From Deinococcales bacterium (GTDB lineage: Bacteria > Deinococcota > Deinococci > Deinococcales > JAAFIG01): DNA of 64,000 nucleotides. Shown piece by piece: positions 26,906 to 35,453 of this stretch. Under the pieces are notes generated by a model, which saw nothing but the letters and a program-made list of their open reading frames with translations, did no database searches and was not told the DNA's origin. The stretch is from contig JAAFJQ010000002.1 of the NCBI GenBank assembly GCA_013298185.1, positions 9,591 through 73,590 of the forward strand, given 5' to 3'. Both the position numbers and the translations under genes were made by a program. How positions within the stretch are numbered: the first letter of the stretch is position 1; each line of letters starts with the position of its first letter.

Positions 26906-28438
26906 ATGCCAATGCTCTTTCGTCTGCTTCGTCTTGTGGGTTGGCTGACCCTGCTTGGTTGCCTTGGACTTGGTGTTTGGTTGCTCCTGCCAAGGCTTGA
27001 GCAAGCTGCCCGCCAAGAAGCGGCTCTCTCGGCGCTGAAAACCAAAGAAAAATCGCCAGATGTCTGGCGTTGGAACAACATCAAACCAATGCCGCGTTTA
27101 CTTGAACCGTCGCGGCGTGACCAAATTACAGCAGATTACCAAGCTGCGCTGCGTGAACTGGGTTATGCCAGTCAAAGCGGCGACTCGAGCGGCTTAAGAA
27201 CGTATTTTGAAGCGGCAGCGCTCGAGGATGCGCTTTTAGCTGCTCAGACCAAGCAAAGGCAGAACACTTGGGGTCACGAGTTACAATTGCGTTTCTATGC
27301 TCCTGACGGGGCAACGGTGGCGTTCACCGATTCGGCTTGGCAGGGCTTTATTTGGCAGGACAACTTTGAAGTTCGGTATCAGGTCATGGATGTGGTGATG
27401 AGCCTATCTGATGGTAATTGGCGGGTTTTGCATTGGCGGGTTTTAGAACGAAAAATTCCAGCGCTAACTCGAGCCTCGAGCCTCGGTAGCCAAACCCTGC
27501 AACAATTGCGTGGTGTGAATTATGTCGGACGACTGCACCCATTTAATGATTTTTGGAACAATTGGAACAGCGCCGAAGTTCGCTCGAGTTTTCGTTTAGC
27601 AAAAGCCATGAAGCTAAACACTGTACGCTTTTTTATTCCTTATCCCACGCCAAAAACTGTGTATCAGTACCTACCTGCTTTGCTTGAGATTGCTCGAGAC
27701 GAACAGGTTCAACTGATGCCAACTTTGCTTGATACGTACACCAAATACGCACTCGAGGATATACCAGCCATTTACCAATCTTTTGTACAACTGCTGCCAA
27801 TGCTCAGGCATTCGCAAGTCTTGGCGATTGATCTGAAAAACGAAGCCGAACGCGATGCCGACCAAGCTGGTTGGCACAATATCCGTGGTTTGCTTGGTTT
27901 TTTTGCTGTTTGGCTTGCCGAAAAAACCGCTAAGCCAATCACCGCAGGTTTAAGCGACCCAGACCAAATAGTCTCAAAGTCGCTTGATTTTGTGACCGTG
28001 CATCATTATGGTTCATTGCTCCAACTCGAGACTCGGTTGTTGGCAGCTCAGAAGGTGGGTAAACCTGTGCTGCTGCAAGAATTTGGGTTTCATACCCAAG
28101 TCAATAAGCTACCCGACCCACACACTGAACTCGAGCAAGCCGAGTATATTGCGGGGGTTTTGGCGCTTTGTCAGCGCCTGGGTGTTGGTTGGTTGGTTTG
28201 GAATTTACATGATTTTCGGGCGGGTACGATGCCCAATAACCGTGAAGTTGAGCGGCATTTAGGTTTGGTGCGTGCCGATGGCTCGCTTAAACCAGTCGCC
28301 GAGGTACTGCTTGGTCGAATTGTGACTGGTTCGTGGCAAGATAAACTAAGTAAAGTTCAGGCGCTTTTGAGCTTGTGGTGGCTCGGTGGGTTGTTGCTTA
28401 TTGTTGTTTTGATTTTTCGACACTTTCGGACAGCCTGA
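26906..28438 (+). CDS. Membrane-anchored clan GH-A (GH5/GH39-like, PslG-like) glycoside hydrolase
   Basis: N- and C-terminal TM segments. Acid/base IDLKNEAE and nucleophile LLQEFGF in a (beta/alpha)8-like spacing. Confidence 0.6.
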   Translation: MPMLFRLLRLVGWLTLLGCLGLGVWLLLPRLEQAARQEAALSALKTKEKSPDVWRWNNIKPMPRLLEPSRRDQITADYQAALRELGYASQSGDSSGLRTYFEAAALEDALLAAQTKQRQNTWGHELQLRFYAPDGATVAFTDSAWQGFIWQDNFEVRYQVMDVVMSLSDGNWRVLHWRVLERKIPALTRASSLGSQTLQQLRGVNYVGRLHPFNDFWNNWNSAEVRSSFRLAKAMKLNTVRFFIPYPTPKTVYQYLPALLEIARDEQVQLMPTLLDTYTKYALEDIPAIYQSFVQLLPMLRHSQVLAIDLKNEAERDADQAGWHNIRGLLGFFAVWLAEKTAKPITAGLSDPDQIVSKSLDFVTVHHYGSLLQLETRLLAAQKVGKPVLLQEFGFHTQVNKLPDPHTELEQAEYIAGVLALCQRLGVGWLVWNLHDFRAGTMPNNREVERHLGLVRADGSLKPVAEVLLGRIVTGSWQDKLSKVQALLSLWWLGGLLLIVVLIFRHFRTA

Positions 28439-28441
28439 TTT

Positions 28442-28469
28442 GGGTGTGATTTTGGTCACACCCGTTTTT
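28442..28469 (+). terminator. Intrinsic terminator GGGTGTGA-TTTTGG-TCACACCC-GTTTTT
   Basis: 8-bp stem starting 4 nt after the stop at 28438, followed by a T-run. The stem contains a perfect TGTGA-N6-TCACA. Confidence 0.65.
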
Positions 28470-28498
28470 CTGGTCGTGGTATGATAGTGCTAGCACTT
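28444..28498 (+). promoter_or_regulatory. Promoter/operator module D: GTGTGATTTTGGTCACAC plus TAGTGCTAGCACTT
   Basis: Box 28444-28461, core 28485-28498, 25-nt spacer. GATAGT is a possible -10. Precedes the PAS-GAF-HD-GYP gene. Confidence 0.5.
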
Positions 28499-28543
28499 TA
28501 AGTTTTGGACAAGCCTGAATATCCACAGGCTCTTTGAAAATCC

Positions 28544-31345
28544 ATGAACAGGCTTTCTGTTCTGCTTAAACACAGAATCCACAAACCACGCAAATACCTG
28601 CTACTCGGAGAATTTATGATTGACTTTAGAAATCCACTGCCTCAAAACAAGGGTTCGACTGGTATCCTGACTTTGTTTTCGACCCACAGCCAAGAAAAAA
28701 AGCAGACGAATACACAGCCAGCGTTCAACCATGTCCTCGAGGGATTGCTGGGCGCTCTGCACACCAATGCGGCTGTTTTGGACATGAGCGGTACTGTTTT
28801 AGCTACGAACTTGGCTTGGCAAAGATTTAGCAACCTTGGACGCAATTCGATGTGTGTGGTGAGCCAAAATTACTTTACTTACTTAAAAATCTGCTCGAGT
28901 GACCACCCATTAACCTCAGTGGAATTTGCCAATGCTTTGCGAAGTATTATCCAACAACAAACCCAGATGACAACCATTGAACTTGTTCATCGGGCGGCAC
29001 TGGTTCGGATTCACTTAAAAAAAGTAGATCTGCTCGAGCAGCCATGTGTTTTGGTTCAATTTGAGCAAATTGCCTTACCAGTTTTGCCACAAAGTAAAGA
29101 CCTCGAGTCATTGCTTGAACATTTGCCTGATATGGTTGCCCGCTTTGATGATCAATGTCGCTTTTTGTACATCACCACCAATTTTGAGCAGTGGAGCGGC
29201 TTAAATCATACTTTGCTCATTGGTCAGACCATGCAGCAGGCGGGTTTGTCCGAAGAACTGTGCCAACTCTGGAATTGGATGGTGCTTGAAGTCTTTGCAA
29301 GTGGTTTAAGCAAAACGATTGAATTTGAATTTCTAGGCAGCCCCTATGAGGCTTGCTTTGTACCAGAATTCAATCAATCGCAAAGCGTACAAAGCGTGCT
29401 TGTTTGTACCCGAGGCGTGACCAAGCAACTGCCCCAAACCATTGACCACGCTCGAGAACGCCGTTTCCGCGCCATGATCGAACACAGTGCCGAAGCAATC
29501 ACCTTACTGAGTGGTAAAGGGAAAGTGATTTATGGCAGTCCTTCAACCGAAGAAATCCTTGGACTGCCACTCGAGCAGTTTTTAGGATCGTCTTGCTTGG
29601 CATTTATTCACCCTGACGACCAGCCACAAGCCCAGACTGCTTTTCGTAAAGCCCTGTTAAACCCGCGTTTAGGTATCACCACCGAAGTTCGTTTTTGTCA
29701 TGGCGACGGCGCTTGGATTTGGCTGGCTGGGACATTCACCAATTTGCTTCATGATCCTGATGTTGGGGCAGTTATTGCCAATTACCGCGATGTCAGCCAT
29801 AAGCATGTCCAAGCTGCCGATCTGAAAGCCCGAGAAGAGCATTACCGTTTTCAAGCTGCCTTTGACCAATCGCCAACTGGAATTGCTATTCTTGGACTAG
29901 ATGGTTCATGGAAGCGAATCAATCAGGCTTTTGCAGCCATGTTGGGTTACTCGGTTGAAGAATTAAAGAATTTAACCATTGCAGCAATCTCGCACCCAGA
30001 TGAACACCAAGCTGACCTTGAACGTGGATTAGAATTGACCATCACAGGGCAACTGCATTACGAGAAGCGCTTTGTTCACAAAAATACTTCGGTGGTTTGG
30101 GCAAGGGTTCATTTTTCATTGGTGATTGATGGGGCTAACCATTACATCCTCAAGCAAATTGAGAACATCACCGAAGAAAAGCGCTTTCAGACTGAGGTAC
30201 AACAATTAAATTTTCAACTCGAGAAACGTCTAGCACGACTGAGTGCTTTGCGTGAAATTGATACAGCCCTGGTCTCGAGCCTTGATTTATCATTGACTTT
30301 AGGGTTAATTCTCGATCAAATCTGTAAACAACTTGGGGTTCAAGCAGCTAACGTGATGCTTTACTACCCTGAGTCATTGAGTTTACGTTTTTACATTGGG
30401 CGAGGTTTTCGCACCTCCAGTGTCAGAAACTCTTGGGTACGACTTGGCACGCCACTTGGTGGCTTGGTTGGTTTGGACCGAATGACCATGGTGATTCCCA
30501 ATGTTTTTGTGCGTAAGGATTTAATTGGCAGTTACATGGAATTTTTACAAAACGAAGGCATTCAATCTTTTGTTGGCTTACCGCTTTTAGCCAAAGGTGA
30601 GTTGCTTGGTGTGATTGAAATTTATCACCACACTGCCCTCGAGCCAGACCATGAAATGCTCGAGTACCTTGAATTACTGGCAGGTCAGGCAGCTTTGGCG
30701 ATTGAAAACACCAAAGTGCTTCGAGCCTTGCAGTATTCCAATACCGAATTGGCAATGGCGTATGACGAAACCATCGAAGGTTGGTCTCGAGCGCTTGATT
30801 TACGCGACAAAGAAACCGAAGGACACAGCCGTCGGGTCACAGAAATGACGGTGCGTTTGGCTCGAGCCATGAATATCAATGAAGGCGAAATCATTCAGAT
30901 TCGACGCGGGGCGCTGCTGCACGACATTGGCAAAATGGGAGTCCCAGACGAAATTCTGCTGAAGCCCGGTAAACTGACCGATGATGAATGGGTGATGATG
31001 AAAAAGCATCCTGACTATGCCCATGAATTGCTAGCACCCATTGGATTTTTAGGAGCTGCTTTGGATATTCCATATGCCCACCATGAAAAATGGGACGGCA
31101 CAGGTTATCCGCGTGGTCTTCACGGAGAGCGAATCCCATTGGCTGCCAGAATTTTTGCAGTGGTTGATGTCTGGGATGCCCTAAAATCAGACCGCCCGTA
31201 CCGCTCTGGCTGGACAACTGAGCGGGTCATTGAACACATTGCACAGTCTTCTGGTACGCATTTTGACCCTCGAGTGGTGACAAATTTTCTTGCCTTATTA
31301 AAGCAAGATCAAACCTTGTTATGCGATGAACCCGAGGTCAAATAA
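28544..31345 (+). CDS. PAS-PAS-GAF-HD-GYP c-di-GMP phosphodiesterase (start may be ATG 28616)
   Basis: Multiple PAS-like segments and a GAF region. HD-GYP motifs HDIGKMGVP and HHEKWDGTGYPRGL. Confidence 0.85.
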   Translation: MNRLSVLLKHRIHKPRKYLLLGEFMIDFRNPLPQNKGSTGILTLFSTHSQEKKQTNTQPAFNHVLEGLLGALHTNAAVLDMSGTVLATNLAWQRFSNLGRNSMCVVSQNYFTYLKICSSDHPLTSVEFANALRSIIQQQTQMTTIELVHRAALVRIHLKKVDLLEQPCVLVQFEQIALPVLPQSKDLESLLEHLPDMVARFDDQCRFLYITTNFEQWSGLNHTLLIGQTMQQAGLSEELCQLWNWMVLEVFASGLSKTIEFEFLGSPYEACFVPEFNQSQSVQSVLVCTRGVTKQLPQTIDHARERRFRAMIEHSAEAITLLSGKGKVIYGSPSTEEILGLPLEQFLGSSCLAFIHPDDQPQAQTAFRKALLNPRLGITTEVRFCHGDGAWIWLAGTFTNLLHDPDVGAVIANYRDVSHKHVQAADLKAREEHYRFQAAFDQSPTGIAILGLDGSWKRINQAFAAMLGYSVEELKNLTIAAISHPDEHQADLERGLELTITGQLHYEKRFVHKNTSVVWARVHFSLVIDGANHYILKQIENITEEKRFQTEVQQLNFQLEKRLARLSALREIDTALVSSLDLSLTLGLILDQICKQLGVQAANVMLYYPESLSLRFYIGRGFRTSSVRNSWVRLGTPLGGLVGLDRMTMVIPNVFVRKDLIGSYMEFLQNEGIQSFVGLPLLAKGELLGVIEIYHHTALEPDHEMLEYLELLAGQAALAIENTKVLRALQYSNTELAMAYDETIEGWSRALDLRDKETEGHSRRVTEMTVRLARAMNINEGEIIQIRRGALLHDIGKMGVPDEILLKPGKLTDDEWVMMKKHPDYAHELLAPIGFLGAALDIPYAHHEKWDGTGYPRGLHGERIPLAARIFAVVDVWDALKSDRPYRSGWTTERVIEHIAQSSGTHFDPRVVTNFLALLKQDQTLLCDEPEVK

Positions 31346-31370
31346 ACCTTTTGACCCACCAATACCCGCC

Positions 31371-31423
31371 GTGTGATTTTTGCACACCGATTGATTGCTT
31401 ATCCAGATATAGTGCTAGCACAT
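31371..31423 (+). promoter_or_regulatory. Promoter/operator module E: GTGTGATTTTTGCACAC plus TATAGTGCTAGCACAT
   Basis: Box 31371-31387, core 31410-31423, TATAGT 31408-31413. AAGGAG RBS lies before ATG 31440. Confidence 0.55.
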
Positions 31424-31439
31424 ACCAAAAGGAGTGACC

Positions 31440-32066
31440 ATGGAACAATTATTCAGCACCGCGTTTTCACCATTTATCAGCGAAGCTCAAGGGGAATTCT
31501 CGAGGAACTTGATTGTCCAATTGGCAATTGAACTCGAGGAACGAGGACTCGAGCCTCAAGGACATACCTTACGCATGGTGCGTCTGGCAGAATCTTTGGG
31601 TCAAATGCTTAGCATTTCGGCTGATCACATGGAGGCATTGATTCATGCCGCTTACTTACACGATGTCGGTAAGTTGATGCTGCCCGTTGGCACACTCCTT
31701 AAACCCGATGCCTTAGATCCGCTCGAGTGGGATGTGATTAAAACCCATCCTCGTTGGAGTGCAGTGATTGCGGCTGCCATCAGTTCAGTTCACCCCCGAG
31801 CCGTCGGTGCGGTGCTGCACCACCATGAGCGCTGGGACGGAACTGGCTACCCATTGTATTTGCGCGGCGAGCAAATCCCGTTAGAGTCTCGGATTATCGC
31901 TGTCTGCGATGTTTACGATACCCTGATTTCAAAAAGAAGTTATGGCAGGGCTTGGTCTTGTAACAATGCTTTAAGCGAAATTCAACAAAAGCGTGGTAGC
32001 CATTTCGACCCTCGAGTCGTGGATGCCTTCTTGGAACGCGCCTTAGGCAAATTAACCATGGTTTAG
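31440..32066 (+). CDS. Stand-alone HD-GYP domain protein
   Basis: HDVGKLMLP and HHERWDGTGYPLYL. ATG 31440 lies behind AAGGAG (the track start is GTG 31434). Confidence 0.85.
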   Translation: MEQLFSTAFSPFISEAQGEFSRNLIVQLAIELEERGLEPQGHTLRMVRLAESLGQMLSISADHMEALIHAAYLHDVGKLMLPVGTLLKPDALDPLEWDVIKTHPRWSAVIAAAISSVHPRAVGAVLHHHERWDGTGYPLYLRGEQIPLESRIIAVCDVYDTLISKRSYGRAWSCNNALSEIQQKRGSHFDPRVVDAFLERALGKLTMV

Positions 32067-32096
32067 AGCCATTACGCTCCGAACGATAAGGACACC

Positions 32097-33254
32097 ATGC
32101 CAACCAAACAACAACTTTCACATACTGCCTTGTTAATGCTGATCCAAATTGGCATTCAAGCCGCAACTTACTTGTACTATGCGGTTTTGGCGCGGTGGCT
32201 CGAGCCAACTGAATTTACGGCTTATGTTGGTCTAACGGCTTTTTTTTCGATTTACAGCGTAATTGGAATCAGTTTGCAGCAATCGGCGGCTCGAGCCACA
32301 AGTCTTGGTCAAAGCGTGACCATTCCCAACTACCTGATCTGGCTTGGTGCAGTAGGGGTGGGGTTAAGTATGCCAATTTTAATGGTCTATGCCCATCTGC
32401 CTTGGTATTGGACTTTAGCCCTTGGGTTGATGATCCCTGTCTATATTCGCCTTTCGGTTTGGCGTGGCATTCAATTGGTCCTAGCCCCAAAACAGCTTGG
32501 CTTGAATCTGATGCTCGAGCATGGCAGCAAACTGCTGTTGACTCCCGCTTTGGCTTTAATCTTCGGTCTTGTAGATGCAGCCGCTTTGGTTATCCCAATT
32601 TCAATTGGTTTGGCGGCTTGGCACGTCCGAAAGCAAAAACTAATCCATAGCCCTAAATCAGACTTTGATGGGTTTTTGTTGCACGGTTTTTTTCAGCTCT
32701 TCTTAGCAAACCTTGATGTACTGCTGGCACAAACCCTGCTCGAGCCTGCCCAAGCCAGTGTCTATATACAAGCAGCGCTGCTGGCTCGAGTGATGGGATT
32801 CTTGGCGCTAAATCTGACTCAGGCTTCGACCCAAACCTTAACCACCCAACCATTGGCGGTTTGGCGGGTGATGCTGTGGATTACTGGTGTTGCCATGATT
32901 TATCTGTGCGGCATTGCTTTACTAGGCAACCAAGTGGGGCTGTTGATGTTCGGCACAAAACTCGAGGTCAACCTTTGGATGCTTTTGGTGGTGGCAAGTG
33001 GTTTGTTATCGCTGTGTAGTTTGCTGTTGCAAACAGCTTTTCTCCGAGGACACAAACCAGTTTTGGTGTGGTGGTTGTTTGGTTTGGGCTTACAAATCAG
33101 CGTCATGCTGATTTCGCATCAGTCGGCGTATCAGCTTGCAAGCGGTTTGGTATGGGCTGCTTTACTTTGGCTTGTAGCAATTCTATGGCAACACAAAAAT
33201 CTGGCACAACAAGGAGAAGTGCATGTCTTACCAAAAATTCAAAAAATGGCGTGA
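32097..33254 (+). CDS. Polytopic membrane protein, polysaccharide flippase (MOP/Wzx)-like
   Basis: 385 aa, ~10 or more hydrophobic segments, followed by glycosyltransferase genes. No sharp motif. Confidence 0.45.
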   Translation: MPTKQQLSHTALLMLIQIGIQAATYLYYAVLARWLEPTEFTAYVGLTAFFSIYSVIGISLQQSAARATSLGQSVTIPNYLIWLGAVGVGLSMPILMVYAHLPWYWTLALGLMIPVYIRLSVWRGIQLVLAPKQLGLNLMLEHGSKLLLTPALALIFGLVDAAALVIPISIGLAAWHVRKQKLIHSPKSDFDGFLLHGFFQLFLANLDVLLAQTLLEPAQASVYIQAALLARVMGFLALNLTQASTQTLTTQPLAVWRVMLWITGVAMIYLCGIALLGNQVGLLMFGTKLEVNLWMLLVVASGLLSLCSLLLQTAFLRGHKPVLVWWLFGLGLQISVMLISHQSAYQLASGLVWAALLWLVAILWQHKNLAQQGEVHVLPKIQKMA

Positions 33255-34026
33255 CCACCCCAAAAAACGCCCTAGTCTTTCAATCATTGTTCCAACCTAC
33301 AATGAATTGGTGCGGATTCTTCCCACACTTGGCAGTATTGCAGTTGTGGTTTCGGGTATTGAAGACAATTGGGAATTGATTGTCTCAGATGACGGCAGCA
33401 GTGATGGGACACTAGAAGCCATCGAGAATCTGAAATGGGTAAATTTACGCATCCTCAGACATGCCAACACCGGTAAAGGCGGCGCGGTTCGCCGTGGAAT
33501 GACAGCGGCTCGAGGACAGTATTTGTTATTCACCGATGCCGATAACAGCACTCCTATCGAAGAACTACCGCGTTTTCTCGAAGCACTGCACAAAGCCGAT
33601 ATGGTGATTGGTTCAAGAGCCGTAACTGGGGCAAATGAAAAAAACAAAAGCCTGATCCGCAGCTTTGGTTCTCGGGTTTTACGTGGTTTAACCCAAATGG
33701 TGCTAGGACTCCCCATCCGAGATACCCAATGTGGTTTTAAGTTACTGCGTCGCCATACCGCCTTAAAGCTCTGTGCTTTGCAACGCATCGAAGGGTTTTC
33801 ATTTGACCTCGAGTGGTTGTACTTGGCAAAAAGACTGCAATGTCGGGTGCTTGAACTACCAGTGGGTTGGTTTGATGCACCAGGTAGTAAAGTACAAGGG
33901 TTGCGCGACGGGCTACGTTTTTTGCAGGACATGGGCAGAATTCTGCACAACGATGCCCTTGGTTTGTACCGCCGTTTGGAGGTGAGTCATGCACCTCGTT
34001 ATCATCAGCGCTCTGCCGCCGAGTAA
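33223..34026 (+). CDS. GT2-family glycosyltransferase (polyprenol-phosphate sugar transferase-like)
   Basis: SIIVPTYNE, VSDDGSSDGT, FTDADNS (DxD), IRDTQCGFK. Confidence 0.8.
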   Translation: MSYQKFKKWRDHPKKRPSLSIIVPTYNELVRILPTLGSIAVVVSGIEDNWELIVSDDGSSDGTLEAIENLKWVNLRILRHANTGKGGAVRRGMTAARGQYLLFTDADNSTPIEELPRFLEALHKADMVIGSRAVTGANEKNKSLIRSFGSRVLRGLTQMVLGLPIRDTQCGFKLLRRHTALKLCALQRIEGFSFDLEWLYLAKRLQCRVLELPVGWFDAPGSKVQGLRDGLRFLQDMGRILHNDALGLYRRLEVSHAPRYHQRSAAE

Positions 34027-35164
34027 AGGCACGCTCAACGAATATGGTTTACATCTGATCGAAGCCCTGAGTCAGAAATCAGAGATCAGTCAGATTACAG
34101 TTTTGGCTGACCGAACTGACCAAGCCGAAACACTGCACTTTAAGCACACCACCATTCAGCGTGTTTGGGAGTTTAATCACCCACTGAACTTTTGGCGAAT
34201 TCGCCAAGCCATTGTGCGACTCAAACCCGATGCGGTGCTGTTCAATTTGCAATTCTCAAGTTTTGGTAGCCAAGACTTAGCGGCGGCACTGGGTTTAATC
34301 ACACCTGCCCTGATTCGTTTCATGGGCATTCCAACCATTACCTTGCTGCATAATCTGATGGAAACCGTCAACCTCAAAGAAGCGGGTTTTGGCAGCCATG
34401 CGTGGCGTGAAAAAATCATTCGTTTTGGTGGGCGAATCCTGACCAAATGCCTCTTAGCCAGTCACCGCTTAGCCATTACCATGCCCGAGTACCAGAAAAT
34501 TCTCGAGGATCAATACGCTGCCAAAAATGTTTTCCATGCGCCTCACGGGGCTTTTTCTAAGCGCGAACCAACCCCACTACCAACGAACCGCACAATCATG
34601 ACCTTTGGTAAGTTTGGAACCTACAAACGGGTTGAAGTGCTGATCGAAGCCCATCAACGACTTCTAGCCCAAGACCCAAACCTGCGCTTAATCATTGCGG
34701 GAAGTGACTCCCCGAACCGCCTTGGCTATTTGGCAGCCGTCCAACAACATTTTGCCCATGCCAAAAACATTGAATACACGGGTTATGTTCCCGAAGAAGC
34801 TGTGCCTGCTTTATTCGAGAACTCGAGTGTCGTGGTTTTTCCGTACACTGCCACGACCGGCTCAAGTGGGGTGCTCCATCAAACAGGCGAATTTGCTCGA
34901 GCCGCCGTGATGCCAACCATTGGCGACCTTGAAGCCTTGGTGCAATGTGAAGGGTATCAAGCCGAGTTTTTTGAACCCAACGATGTGTCTGGTTTGGCAG
35001 CAGCCCTTTGGCGGGTACTGGCAAACCGTGAGTACGCCACCCAACTAGGACTGGCAAATCACCGTGCCTCGAGTCAGTTATTAATTTCAGAGGTTGCCGA
35101 GATTTACCTAAATCAATTCCAAAAGCTACGTCGCAAACAACTCACACCAATCATGGAGGTCTAA
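33989..35164 (+). CDS. GT4-family (GT-B) glycosyltransferase
   Basis: 391 aa. C-terminal nucleotide-sugar binding half with FPYTATTGSSGVLHQTGEFARAAVMP, typical of group 1 glycosyltransferases. Confidence 0.7.
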   Translation: MHLVIISALPPSKGTLNEYGLHLIEALSQKSEISQITVLADRTDQAETLHFKHTTIQRVWEFNHPLNFWRIRQAIVRLKPDAVLFNLQFSSFGSQDLAAALGLITPALIRFMGIPTITLLHNLMETVNLKEAGFGSHAWREKIIRFGGRILTKCLLASHRLAITMPEYQKILEDQYAAKNVFHAPHGAFSKREPTPLPTNRTIMTFGKFGTYKRVEVLIEAHQRLLAQDPNLRLIIAGSDSPNRLGYLAAVQQHFAHAKNIEYTGYVPEEAVPALFENSSVVVFPYTATTGSSGVLHQTGEFARAAVMPTIGDLEALVQCEGYQAEFFEPNDVSGLAAALWRVLANREYATQLGLANHRASSQLLISEVAEIYLNQFQKLRRKQLTPIMEV

Positions 35165-35165
35165 G

Positions 35166-35453
35166 ATGGAAATCCGCACTGAATCCCAAGGTTCAACCAC
35201 TTTTTTGTATTTACTCGGGCGATTTGATGCCCACACAACCCAGTTATTTCACAGCAAAACGCTGGATATTCAAGGCAGACTGATCATAGATTTAACCCAA
35301 GTTAATTTTATAGACTCACGCGGTTTAGCCGCCCTGATTGGGTTGTACCATCGCCTTGGGACACTGTTGACGCTACGCGCTCCACAAGATGCGGTGCGCT
35401 TGATTTTTGAAATCACTCGCCTCGACCAAGTGTTTATCTTCGAGCAATCATGA
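35166..35453 (+). CDS. STAS-domain anti-sigma-factor antagonist (SpoIIAA/RsbV-like)
   Basis: 95 aa. VNFIDSRGLAALIGL carries the conserved phosphorylatable Ser. Confidence 0.8.
   Translation: MEIRTESQGSTTFLYLLGRFDAHTTQLFHSKTLDIQGRLIIDLTQVNFIDSRGLAALIGLYHRLGTLLTLRAPQDAVRLIFEITRLDQVFIFEQS

Noticed and set aside
28444-28461. Reading the perfect TGTGA-N6-TCACA purely as a CRP/FNR-type activator site
   Set aside because: Not fully rejected, but weakened. This copy is also the stem of a textbook intrinsic terminator (GGGTGTGA/TCACACCC + T-run) 4 nt after the upstream stop. Two other copies of the related box also sit just after stop codons. A terminator/insulator role or a dual role is equally possible.
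33297-33950. 217-aa minus-strand ORF antisense to the GT2 gene. The same applies to many other long antisense ORFs, e.g. 924-1391, 15409-15843, 49017-49924, 53036-53398 and 57172-57651.
   Set aside because: Each lies entirely within a gene on the other strand that has clear family motifs. The antisense products are low-complexity or Arg/Pro/Ser-rich with no motifs, which is typical of shadow ORFs.
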